64,000 nt of DNA from assembly GCA_947593925.1 (NCBI GenBank), contig CANQDU010000007.1, positions 18,408-82,407 of the forward strand, given 5' to 3'. The number at the start of each line of letters is the position of its first letter. Position 1 is the stretch's first letter. The notes below the pieces were generated by a model that ran no database searches, was not told the DNA's origin, and saw only the letters and a list, made by a program, of their open reading frames with translations. This DNA comes from an uncultured Clostridia bacterium. GTDB taxonomy: Bacteria > Bacillota > Clostridia > Oscillospirales > JAAYOS01. Shown piece after piece: positions 25,525 through 34,309 of this stretch. A program made the translations under genes and the position numbers.

Positions 25525-26797
25525 TAATATTCAGAAGACACCCTCGGAGGAGGGAAAAAAGACTCTGCTCACGAACCTCATCGAGCGTGGCAAGGAGAAC
25601 GGCAAGCTGGACAGCGCGGACATCAAGATGGTAATAGACGAGCTCGAGCTTGACGACGACCAGATAGAAAAGCTCTACGACACGCTCGAGGCGAACTCGA
25701 TAGAGGTCGCGGTCGAGGACGAGGAGATAGAGGCGCTCGAACGCATCGACGACGATATGGACGTCCCCCCGGAGGAGCTTGAGAGCATCGAGGAGATAAC
25801 CGAGGACGAGCTTGTGGACACACAGTCGCTTGCGGACAGCTTCAAGCTCGACGACCCGGTGCGCATGTACCTCAAGGAGATAGGCTCGGTGGACCTGCTC
25901 TCCAGCGCGGACGAGGAGATAGAGCTTGCTCAGGACATCGGCAAGGGCTACGAGGCGCGCGACCTTCTCGAAAAGCTCGAAGCCGCGCGGCAGGCGGGCG
26001 GCGACCTCCCGGAGGAGCTCGCCGCGATAGACGAGGCGAAGGAGAAGGAGCTGAAGGCCGCCGTTGAGCGCGGCAACCGCGCAAAGAAAAAGCTCACCGA
26101 AGCGAACCTCCGCCTTGTAGTCAGCATAGCGAAGCGGTACGTCGGGCGCGGGATGCTCTTCCTCGACCTCATCCAGGAGGGCAATCTCGGTCTCATCAAG
26201 GCTGTCGAGAAGTTCGACTACACCAAGGGCTACAAGTTCTCGACCTACGCGACATGGTGGATACGTCAGGCGATAACCCGCGCCATCGCGGATCAGGCGC
26301 GCACGATACGCATACCCGTCCACATGGTAGAGACGATAAATAAGGTCATCCGCGTCTCGCGTCAGCTCCTTCAGGAGCTCGGTCACGACCCCCAGCCTGA
26401 GGATATCGCCGAGAGGATGGATATGCCGGTGGACAAGGTTCGCGAGATAATGAAGATAGCGCAGGAGCCGGTATCGCTCGAGACCCCGATAGGCGAAGAG
26501 GAGGACAGCCACCTCGGAGACTTCATCGAGGACGAGAGAGCGTCCGAGCCGGCGGAGGTCGCAAGCTTCTCGCTGCTCAAGGAGCAGCTTGTGGAGGTGC
26601 TTTCCACGCTGTCCCCGCGCGAGGAGAAGGTGCTCCGCCTCCGCTTCGGCATAGAGGACGGGCGCGCCCGCACGCTCGAGGAGGTCGGCAAGGAGTTCAA
26701 TGTCACCCGCGAGCGCATCCGCCAGATAGAGGCGAAGGCGCTCCGCAAGCTCCGCCACCCCAGCCGCTCGAAAAAGCTGAAGGATTTCCTCAACTGA
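25514..26797 (+). CDS. rpoD: RNA polymerase primary sigma factor
   Basis: 427 aa. Region 2 [40 protein letters not shown], region 4 [30 protein letters not shown]. Confidence 0.95.
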   Translation: MASNNIQKTPSEEGKKTLLTNLIERGKENGKLDSADIKMVIDELELDDDQIEKLYDTLEANSIEVAVEDEEIEALERIDDDMDVPPEELESIEEITEDELVDTQSLADSFKLDDPVRMYLKEIGSVDLLSSADEEIELAQDIGKGYEARDLLEKLEAARQAGGDLPEELAAIDEAKEKELKAAVERGNRAKKKLTEANLRLVVSIAKRYVGRGMLFLDLIQEGNLGLIKAVEKFDYTKGYKFSTYATWWIRQAITRAIADQARTIRIPVHMVETINKVIRVSRQLLQELGHDPQPEDIAERMDMPVDKVREIMKIAQEPVSLETPIGEEEDSHLGDFIEDERASEPAEVASFSLLKEQLVEVLSTLSPREEKVLRLRFGIEDGRARTLEEVGKEFNVTRERIRQIEAKALRKLRHPSRSKKLKDFLN

Positions 26798-26821
26798 ACG
26801 CCGATATGTCGGCTTTTGCCC

Positions 26822-26850
26822 TTGAAAAGGGCGTCATGGTGTGATATAAT
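26822..26850 (+). promoter_or_regulatory. Putative yebC promoter
   Basis: TTGAAA-17 nt-TATAAT with an extended -10 TG (TGaTATAAT). Confidence 0.45.
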
Positions 26851-26909
26851 TAGCCGTCAAGATACAAACCGGCGGAAACTGGTTAAAATAATACGGAAGG
26901 TGTGTTTAG

Positions 26910-27638
26910 ATGTCCGGTCATTCCAAGTGGCATAACATTCAGGCAAAGAAGAGCAAGACAGACGCTCAGAAGGCGAAAATATTCACCAAGATGAGCCGCG
27001 AGATAATCCTTGCCGTGCGCGAGGGCGGAGCCAATCCCGACTCGAACGGCAAGCTGCGCGACATCATCGCGAAGGCCAAGGCGAACAATGTCCCGAACGA
27101 CAACCTCAAGCGCGTCATAGAGCGCGCCTCCGGCGCGTCGGACGGCGCGAACTACGAGAGCATTACTTACGAAGGCTACGGTCCGAACGGCGTCGCCGTC
27201 ATAGTCGAGACTATGACAGACAACCGCAACCGCACCGCAAGCGAGGTGCGCCACGCATTTGACAAGTTCGGCGGCTCGCTCGGCGTCACGGGATGCGTGA
27301 GCTGGTCGTTTGACAGGAAGGGCTCGATAGTCATCGAGCGCGGAGACCTCGACGAGGACAAGGTCATGATGGACGCGATAGAGAGCGGCGCCGCCGAGTT
27401 TGAGGCGAATGAGGAGACGTTCGAGATATACACCGACCCGGACGACTTCAGCGCGGTGCTCGAAGCCCTCGAAAAGCTGGGTTACACCTTCCTCGAGGCC
27501 GAGGTCGCCATGGTCCCGCAGACCTACGTCTCCATCGCGGATGAGGACAGCCGCAAGAGCATGCAGAAGCTTCTCGACTCGCTCGAGGACAATGACGACG
27601 TGCAGGAGGTCTGGCACAACTGGGAGGACGCCGAGTAA
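26910..27638 (+). CDS. yebC: YebC/PmpR family DNA-binding transcriptional regulator
   Basis: 242 aa. Begins MSGHSKWHNIQAKKSKTDAQKAKIFTK, the family signature. Confidence 0.9.
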   Translation: MSGHSKWHNIQAKKSKTDAQKAKIFTKMSREIILAVREGGANPDSNGKLRDIIAKAKANNVPNDNLKRVIERASGASDGANYESITYEGYGPNGVAVIVETMTDNRNRTASEVRHAFDKFGGSLGVTGCVSWSFDRKGSIVIERGDLDEDKVMMDAIESGAAEFEANEETFEIYTDPDDFSAVLEALEKLGYTFLEAEVAMVPQTYVSIADEDSRKSMQKLLDSLEDNDDVQEVWHNWEDAE

Positions 27639-27642
27639 TTCC

Positions 27643-28185
27643 ATGGAGAAGTGGAAGCTCATAAGCTCGAAATACTACTACAAGTCGCCCTTCGGCAATC
27701 TCCGCTGCGACCGCGTGGCGCTTCCGAACGGACACGTCATCGAGGAGTACAACGTCTGCGAATACACCGACTGGGTGAACATGGTCGCCGTCACGGAGGA
27801 GGGACAGGTCCTGCTCGTGCGGCAGTACCGCCACGCCCTCGGGGAGATAACGCTTGAGGTCCCGGCCGGCTCGCCCGAGCCGGGCGAGACTATGGCGGAC
27901 GCGGCAAAGAGAGAACTCGCCGAGGAGACGGGTTACACCTCGCCGAATGAGCCGGTGCTTCTGGGAAAGTATGCGACAAATCCCGCCCGGAACAACAACT
28001 ACATCTGGTATTTTCTCTTTACCGGGTGCAGGAAGACCGGAGAGACGCACTTCGACACGAACGAGGAGCTGGAGCTTGAGACCGCGTCCTTCGACGAAAT
28101 AGAGGAAATGATACGGTCGGGCGGGATAAAGCACCAGTCGGCGATACTCGCCGTGGAGCGCGCCCGCCGCATGCTCGGGATATAA
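27643..28185 (+). CDS. NUDIX hydrolase (ADP-ribose pyrophosphatase-like)
   Basis: The start is the ATG at 27643 (MEKWKLISS...), inside track ORF 27400..28185. Nudix box GSPEPGETMADAAKRELAEETG. Confidence 0.85.
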   Translation: MEKWKLISSKYYYKSPFGNLRCDRVALPNGHVIEEYNVCEYTDWVNMVAVTEEGQVLLVRQYRHALGEITLEVPAGSPEPGETMADAAKRELAEETGYTSPNEPVLLGKYATNPARNNNYIWYFLFTGCRKTGETHFDTNEELELETASFDEIEEMIRSGGIKHQSAILAVERARRMLGI

Positions 28186-28265
28186 GGAAATTACAAAGGA
28201 CAGCGCGGAAACGCTGTCCTTTGCGGATTTTACGGAGAAAATATAAAATCAGGGAGGAAAACATT

Positions 28266-30122
28266 ATGAAGATGCGTATGCCGTCGGTGCCGCTCATCAC
28301 GGTAGACCCCTACTTCTCGGTGTGGAGCCGGGACGAGATAAACCGCCGGTGGCCGGTCCACTGGACCGGCAGCCGGAACGCCATACTCGGCACGGTCACG
28401 GTGGACGGGGAGACTTTCCGCTTCCTCGGCGGCGGGGAGGGCGAGGCGATAGAGCAGAAGTCGCTCGACATAGACGCGGTGAGCACCACCGCCGTCTTCG
28501 CAAACGAAAAGATAGAGCTCACGGCGCGGTTCCTCTCGCCTCTGCTTGTCACCGACCTCTACTATGCGTCGCGGCCGGTGAGTTACCTCGAGCTGAACTG
28601 GAAGAGTCTCGACGGCGCGGAGCACGACGTCCGCGCGAAGGTGTCGGTCTCGGAGGAGCTTGTCCTCAACCGCGCGGGCGAGGGGCGCGCCTGCTCGCGC
28701 GACGTGTCTCTCGCGAACGGCTCCTGCGTCCGCATGGGAAGCGGCACGCAGAAGGTGCTCTGGCGGAGCGGGGACGACGTGCGTATCGACTGGGGATACC
28801 TATACCTCGCCGTCCGAGGCGCGGCGGAGACCGGAAACGAGGTCTTCGAGGACCTGTACGCGGTGTACGCCGAGACGGAGCTGCGCCCGTCGGCGCTCTT
28901 TGCCTTCGGGTACGACGATATATCGAGCCTTGTATACTTCGGCGAGCCGGTGAAAGCCTACTGGAAGAAGGACGGCAGGACGATAGAGCAGGCGATGGAC
29001 GAGGCGCTCTCCGACTACGAGGAGATATCCGCGCGGTGTGAGGAGTTCTCGCGCGAAATGCTCGGCGAGGCCGAGCGGAAGGGCGGAGAGAAATACGCCG
29101 AAATACTCGCTCTCGCGTACCGGCAGGTCATGGCGGCGCACAAGCTCGCGCTCGACCCCGAGGGGAACGTCCTCTACATATCGAAGGAGTGCTTCTCGAA
29201 CGGATGCGCCGCGACGGTAGACCTCACGTATCCGTCCGCGCCGCTCTATCTGCGCTACAACACCGAGCTGCTTCGCGGTATGCTCCGTCCGATGCTGAAA
29301 TATGCGCGGAGCGACGAATGGGAGTTCGACTTCGCGCCGCACGACGTCGGGCAGTACCCGCTTCTGAACGGACAGGTCTATGGCGGCAACCGCCTCGAGT
29401 ATCAGATGCCGGTGGAGGAGAGCGGGAACATCCTCATCGTGGTTGCGGCCATGTGCGAGCGGGACGGGAACGCGGATTTCGCCGCGGAGAATATGGATCT
29501 GCTCGACCGTTGGAGCCGTTACCTCGACCGCTACGGCCTCGACCCGGAAAATCAGCTCTGCACCGACGACTTTGCGGGCCACCTCGCCCACAACGTCAAC
29601 CTCACGATAAAGGCGGCGATGGGCATGGCGGGCTACGCGAAGATACTCGCGCGGCTCGGCCGCGCGGACGAGGCAAAGCAGGCCGAGGCAAAGTCGCGGG
29701 AGTTTGCCGAGTCGATGCTCCGCCGCGCGGTGAACGGCGACGGGAGCTTCTGCCTCGCGTTTGACCGCCCGGACACGTTCAGCCTCAAGTACAACGCCGT
29801 CTGGGATCTGCTCTGGGGGACGAAGCTCTTCCCCGAGAGCTTCTACGCGGGCGAGCTCGCGCGGTATCGCCGCGAGGCGCTGCCCTACGGAGTCCCGCTC
29901 GACAACCGGGAGAAGTACACCAAGTCGGACTGGGAGATGTGGGTCGCGTGCTTCGGCTCGCGGGAGGACTTCGAGTTCGTCTCGGACCTGCTCTGGCGCG
30001 CATACGACACGATGCGTACCCGCGTTCCGCTCACGGACTGGTACTACGCGGACACGAGCGAGCAGCGCGGATTCCAGCACAGGACGGCGCAGGGGGGACT
30101 GTTTATGCGCCTAATGTTTTAG
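28266..30122 (+). CDS. Glutaminase A-like protein (DUF4965/DUF1793 type), a putative glycoside hydrolase-like enzyme
   Basis: The likely start is the ATG at 28266 (MKMRMPSVPLITVDPYFSVWS) after GGGAGGAAA. N-terminal and C-terminal patterns recalled for this family, assigned from memory only. Confidence 0.6.
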   Translation: MKMRMPSVPLITVDPYFSVWSRDEINRRWPVHWTGSRNAILGTVTVDGETFRFLGGGEGEAIEQKSLDIDAVSTTAVFANEKIELTARFLSPLLVTDLYYASRPVSYLELNWKSLDGAEHDVRAKVSVSEELVLNRAGEGRACSRDVSLANGSCVRMGSGTQKVLWRSGDDVRIDWGYLYLAVRGAAETGNEVFEDLYAVYAETELRPSALFAFGYDDISSLVYFGEPVKAYWKKDGRTIEQAMDEALSDYEEISARCEEFSREMLGEAERKGGEKYAEILALAYRQVMAAHKLALDPEGNVLYISKECFSNGCAATVDLTYPSAPLYLRYNTELLRGMLRPMLKYARSDEWEFDFAPHDVGQYPLLNGQVYGGNRLEYQMPVEESGNILIVVAAMCERDGNADFAAENMDLLDRWSRYLDRYGLDPENQLCTDDFAGHLAHNVNLTIKAAMGMAGYAKILARLGRADEAKQAEAKSREFAESMLRRAVNGDGSFCLAFDRPDTFSLKYNAVWDLLWGTKLFPESFYAGELARYRREALPYGVPLDNREKYTKSDWEMWVACFGSREDFEFVSDLLWRAYDTMRTRVPLTDWYYADTSEQRGFQHRTAQGGLFMRLMF

Positions 30123-30127
30123 GCTTT

Positions 30128-30559
30128 CGCGGGAAATCGCAGGAGCGGGCTTTCGCCCGCTCCTTTACCAATTTCCCGCGAGAAGTTCACTTGAAATTGC
30201 GCAGACGCAATTTCAAGTGAAGCTGTCGGATAGGGCGAAGCCCTACCGACAGCAGGCGCTCCGCTACGCAATTCCCACGCGGTCAGCGACCGCGTGGGAG
30301 CCCTTCCGATTGAAATGCTCGGGGCGAATGAATCGCCCCTGCGCGAAGTTGCCTACGGCAACTTCAACCGCGCGAACCGGCGCGGTGCGGCTTCGCCGCC
30401 TTCGACGCACGCTCCGCGCAGTACAAAGTCGGGACGTCGGCGCGAAGCGCCGAGGTCTGATGCGCCCGGTAGAAGGTTGGATGAGGTATTGGTTCGAGGG
30501 CGCATTGTACACGCCGCCGCCGAAAATGATTTGACTTTATTTCGCGGCTGCGCCGCGAA
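30128..30559. repeat. Cluster of about 12 dissimilar stem-loops filling the spacer between convergent genes
   Basis: Example hairpins: a nested pair CGCGGGAAAT...ATTTCCCGCG enclosing AGGAGCGGGC-tttc-GCCCGCTCCT; TTCACTTGAAATTGCG-caga-CGCAATTTCAAGTGAA (16 bp, 30186..30221); CCCACGCGGTC-agc-GACCGCGTGGG (30274..30298); GAAGTTGCC-tac-GGCAACTTC; and TTCGCGGC-tgc-GCCGCGAA (30541..30559). Confidence 0.8.
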
Positions 30560-30594
30560 ACTCTGCGAGGCTGTGCTGTTGCACAATTATATCG

Positions 30595-31431
30595 TCATAT
30601 GCTCTTCAGCCAGTTTGCCGCCATATCGACCCACAGAGAGATGTTTGGATTCTCCCGGCACAGCCGCATTTCCTCTTCGTTTCTGTAAGACAGCTCGTTT
30701 GCGACGCTCATGCCATGCTCGCCGCCGGTGTACAGGTGCAGCTCCACGGGAATTTTCAGTTCGCACATCTTTTCCGCTATCATCAGCGCGTTGCGCACGG
30801 GCACATACTTGTCCTTCTGGTTGTGCCAGACGAACAGCGGACAGACGTGCTCGCCCACATAGTGGATCATGTCCAGCTGCGGAGGACAGCTCTTGGGGAA
30901 CTGAGAGGCATCGGGATTGATAAATTCCGGGTCGTTCCAGATAGTTCCGGAATTGTCCCAGCAGTCATAGGCGATCACCGCGGCGTCCGGACGGATGTAC
31001 GTCGGCTCTACCCCAAGCGCCTGCGCGATCTGCGGGTCGTTCCATTGCGTGGCGGACACGCCCGCGAGGCACGCGCCTGCGGAAAATCCCATCAACGCGA
31101 TCCGATGCGGGTCAATATTCCATTCTTCGGAGTGATCCCGCACGACCTGAATGGCCTTGGAACACTCGATAAGCACGTCGGGATATTTGCAGTCATCTCC
31201 GACGGTGTACTCCAGCACGAAGGTGTTGAAGCCCTTTTGCATGAAGGTGACCGCCACCGGTTCGCCCTCGTTCGGCGCCAAAAAGGCAAAAGCACCGCCC
31301 GGCAGAACAATGATTGCTCCCCGACCGTTCTCCGTGCCGTAAGCGCCGCCGTATGCGCCGAAATTGTCGTGGATGTAGGTGGTCAGATAGACTTCCTTGT
31401 CCTCAAACAGTTTGATTCTTTTGTGGATCAT
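30595..31431 (-). CDS. Alpha/beta hydrolase (esterase/lipase family)
   Basis: 278 aa. Oxyanion region VLPGGAF and nucleophile elbow GFSAGA. Its GC content is lower than that of its neighbours by hand count. Confidence 0.8.
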   Translation of the reverse strand: MIHKRIKLFEDKEVYLTTYIHDNFGAYGGAYGTENGRGAIIVLPGGAFAFLAPNEGEPVAVTFMQKGFNTFVLEYTVGDDCKYPDVLIECSKAIQVVRDHSEEWNIDPHRIALMGFSAGACLAGVSATQWNDPQIAQALGVEPTYIRPDAAVIAYDCWDNSGTIWNDPEFINPDASQFPKSCPPQLDMIHYVGEHVCPLFVWHNQKDKYVPVRNALMIAEKMCELKIPVELHLYTGGEHGMSVANELSYRNEEEMRLCRENPNISLWVDMAANWLKSI

Positions 31432-31546
31432 GGTACATTCTCCTCATAAAAGATATTCTTTTGTCATTATTGCCGGCCATTATTGCCGGTTTTCTTAATA
31501 AGAGGGCGGGACATCTTGTCCCACCCTCTTTTGCGCTTGAATTACT

Positions 31547-32410
31547 TTACTTTACTTCGATGAGCTCGTACTCGCGCGAGCCGTAGCCGTGCTCGACGGC
31601 GGCCTCTATCGTGTGGATGCCGTGGCGGCTCTCGATGCGCTCGATGAGCGCGGGCTTGCCGGGGTCGTCCGAGCCGTACACGAGATCGACGCACGCCTGG
31701 TCTATCGCTATCGGGTCTACGGAGGCGAGGATGCCGATGTCGTGCATGCAGGGCGCGGAGGCGTGTCCGTCGCAGTCACAGTCTACCGAGAGGTTCTTCA
31801 TGACGTTGATGTAGGCGATGTTGCCCTTGAAGAACTCTATGACCGAGCCGGCGGCATCCGCCATGGATTCAAGGAAGTCGTCCTGATTCGTCTGCCACAT
31901 CTTGTCGGGATGGCCCGCGCCGTGGATGTTCGCCTTGCCGTGCGCGGAGGCGACGCCTATCGAAAGCTGCTTGAGCGCGCCGCCGAAGCCGCCCATCGCG
32001 TGACCCTTGAAGTGCGAGAGGACGAGCATCGAGTCGTACTTCTTCATGTTCTTGCCGACGAAGTTCTGCTTTATCTTCTTGCCGTTCGGGATCTCGAGGA
32101 CGTCGTCCGGCCCCTCGCTGTCAAGTATCTCGGTGGGGAACATCGTCCAATGGTGGTCCTCGAGGGTCTTGAGGTGGACGTCGGTGGTGGCGCGGGAGCC
32201 GCCGTAGGCGGTGTTGGTCTCGACTATCGTGCCGCCGACGTGGTCAAACATCGGCTTCCAGAACTCGGGACGCAGGAAGTTCTGATTTCCCATCTCGCCG
32301 GAGTGCACCTTGAGCGCAACCTTGCCCGGCAGCTCCTTGTGGAGCATATCGAACATTTCCACGACCTTTTCGGGGGTGATAGTGCGGGTGAAGTAGACTT
32401 TTGAAGCCAT
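31547..32410 (-). CDS. DUF362 domain-containing protein
   Basis: 287 aa. N-terminus MASKVYFTRTITPEKVVEMFDMLHKELPGKVALKVHSGEMGNQNFLRPEF and LVLSHFKGHAMGGFGGALKQLSIG match my recollection of DUF362 proteins. Confidence 0.6.
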   Translation of the reverse strand: MASKVYFTRTITPEKVVEMFDMLHKELPGKVALKVHSGEMGNQNFLRPEFWKPMFDHVGGTIVETNTAYGGSRATTDVHLKTLEDHHWTMFPTEILDSEGPDDVLEIPNGKKIKQNFVGKNMKKYDSMLVLSHFKGHAMGGFGGALKQLSIGVASAHGKANIHGAGHPDKMWQTNQDDFLESMADAAGSVIEFFKGNIAYINVMKNLSVDCDCDGHASAPCMHDIGILASVDPIAIDQACVDLVYGSDDPGKPALIERIESRHGIHTIEAAVEHGYGSREYELIEVK

Positions 32411-32541
32411 TTCAATACCTCCATAGTATTTTTATAGTTGACGGCGGGAAGTCCCGCCGCCGTATTTTTACCCTCCGGGCGCCGCCCGAAAGGAGATTTG
32501 CGGCCGATAAATACAGTATATACCTTGGAGCGCGCTATAAG

Positions 32542-33150
32542 TCAACCCTTTTCCGAAATTTTATCCGAAAGCGCAAACAATTCCTCACGGGTGACGAGCG
32601 CGCGGAGGACGGAGAAGAGCGCGGGGCAGCCGAGCTTCTCCGGAAGGTCGAGCTCGCGGCAGAGCGCCGCGCGCCGCGTGGAGGCGTCCGCCGAGCCGGA
32701 GAGACCCGCCGCTATCATGTCCGCGCGGGTGAGCTCGTCCTTCCGCTCCCGCGCGGCGTCCTCGCCGTCGAGGAAGGTCGCGCCGGCGCGCCGGAGCGCG
32801 AGAAGTATCGTCTCCGGCGGCATCCCCTCCACGCCGACAAGCCCCGCCTTCGAGGGAGCGCGCTTGCGGCGCTCCTTCCCGCGAACCTCGGGGATGTACG
32901 CCTGCTTCACGCTGTCCTTCGGGAGCATCCCGAGGAGGTGGCCGCGTATGACGCTTCCCGCGCCGTCGCTGTCGGTGAGGAGCACGACGCCGCGCTCCGC
33001 CGCGAGGCGGCGTATGAGCGCGAGCTTTTCCGCGTCGGAGAACACGCCGAAGCCGTCGGTCTCGACGACAACGGCGTCCGCTGCCTGGAGCAGCGCGTTC
33101 CGGTCGTAGCGCCCTTCGACGACGACCGCCTCGCGTATGCGCGGCTTCAC
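32542..33150 (-). CDS. Toprim domain protein (RNase M5-like / DUF4093 type)
   Basis: I place the start at the GTG at 33150, which forms a GTGA overlap with the holA stop and lies inside track ORF 32542..33234. Motifs AVVVEGRYDRNAL and LLTDSDGAG are Toprim acidic motifs. Confidence 0.6.
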   Translation of the reverse strand: MKPRIREAVVVEGRYDRNALLQAADAVVVETDGFGVFSDAEKLALIRRLAAERGVVLLTDSDGAGSVIRGHLLGMLPKDSVKQAYIPEVRGKERRKRAPSKAGLVGVEGMPPETILLALRRAGATFLDGEDAARERKDELTRADMIAAGLSGSADASTRRAALCRELDLPEKLGCPALFSVLRALVTREELFALSDKISEKG

Positions 33151-34196
33151 CGTTCTAGCGCCGCGAGGCGCAGTATGAGCGTTTCGAGCATGGCGCTGCG
33201 GTCGGCGGAGGAGCTTTTCAGCGCGTAGTCGCACTCGACGCAGAGCTTCATGGCCTCGCGCGCCCAGCGCGTCGTGAACCGCCGCGCGAGGTCGAGCTGC
33301 TTCCGCGCGACGTAGGGGGAGGGAATGTCCGCCTCGCGCGCGAGCCAGTCCTGCCCGAGACCGTCGTCAATGGCGATGCGCCCGTAGAATATCTGACGTA
33401 TCTGACGCGAGAGCGCGCCCACGATGTAGATGGGGTCGTTTCGCATGGCCGTGAGCTCGCGGGAGAGCTCGAGCGCCTCCGCGAACTTCCCGGCTGCGAC
33501 GCGGTCGGTGAGGTCGTACACGACGGCGTCCGCTATCGGACTGCACACCGCGTCGATGTCTGTTCGGAGTATTCTGTCACCGGCGGCGTATGCCGCGAGC
33601 TTTTCCACCTCGTTTACGAGCAGCGTCATCGAGCGTCCGCAGACAAAGAGCATCTGCTCCGCCTCGGGGAAGTCTATCTCCTTGCCGAGCGAGCGGAAGC
33701 GGCGGCGGAGCCAACCGACGAGCTCGCGGTTCTCCTGAAGCGCAAACTCCACGGCAAGGCCGTTCGCCGCGACGAGCTTGTGTATCTTCGTCCGCACGTC
33801 CGCCTTGTACTCTGCGGTGTCATACACAAAGACGAGCGTGGTGTACTCCGGCAGGTCGGAGAGGATGGCTTCGAGCCGCTCCTTCCTGTCCGCGCCGGGG
33901 CGGTAGATGTCGAGGTCGGTGACGGTGACGAGCTTCCGTTCGCTGAACGCCGGAAGCGCCTCCACCGCGTCCCCGAGCTCGTCCATGTCGAGCGACGCTC
34001 CGTCGAAGCGGAAGAGATTGAAGTCCTCCATTCCCTCCGCGACGGCGGCCTTTTTCAGCTGTTCGAGGTAGTATTCGAGAAGGTACTTCTCCTCGCCGTA
34101 GAAGACGTAGAGGCTCCGCAGAGCTCCGCTCTCGAGCTCACTTTTGAAGACGCGGAGATTTTGCGCGTCGCCGTCGCTTTTCTTTTTCGGAGGCAT
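33147..34196 (-). CDS. holA: DNA polymerase III delta subunit
   Basis: 349 aa. N-terminus LRSLYVFYGEEKYLLEYYLEQLKK is the typical HolA pattern, and the gene follows comEC as in many Firmicutes. Confidence 0.85.
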   Translation of the reverse strand: MPPKKKSDGDAQNLRVFKSELESGALRSLYVFYGEEKYLLEYYLEQLKKAAVAEGMEDFNLFRFDGASLDMDELGDAVEALPAFSERKLVTVTDLDIYRPGADRKERLEAILSDLPEYTTLVFVYDTAEYKADVRTKIHKLVAANGLAVEFALQENRELVGWLRRRFRSLGKEIDFPEAEQMLFVCGRSMTLLVNEVEKLAAYAAGDRILRTDIDAVCSPIADAVVYDLTDRVAAGKFAEALELSRELTAMRNDPIYIVGALSRQIRQIFYGRIAIDDGLGQDWLAREADIPSPYVARKQLDLARRFTTRWAREAMKLCVECDYALKSSSADRSAMLETLILRLAALER

Positions 34197-34309
34197 ATTG
34201 TCACTCCCTTGCGGTTTTTTTGGGGGGGCTTCTCCGCCGGTTTGTTTTCCGTGCGGTGATTAGATACGGGTTTTGCCGAGGGTTCGGACGATTAACTGAC
34301 GCGCCGCGC

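Noticed and set aside
30486-30500. A tRNA-like T-loop word, ggttcgag, inside hairpin forest 2
   Set aside because: It does not continue as GGTTCGAATCC-type sequence. No acceptor, D or anticodon arms can be drawn around it. I recognised no tRNA anywhere in the window.
30217-30920. ORFs predicted inside hairpin forest 2: 30217..30534 (+), 30264..30512 (-), 30294..30920 (+)
   Set aside because: They have no RBS and Arg/Ala-rich low-complexity products. They overlap each other on both strands, as expected for palindromic DNA. The last one runs antisense into the esterase gene.
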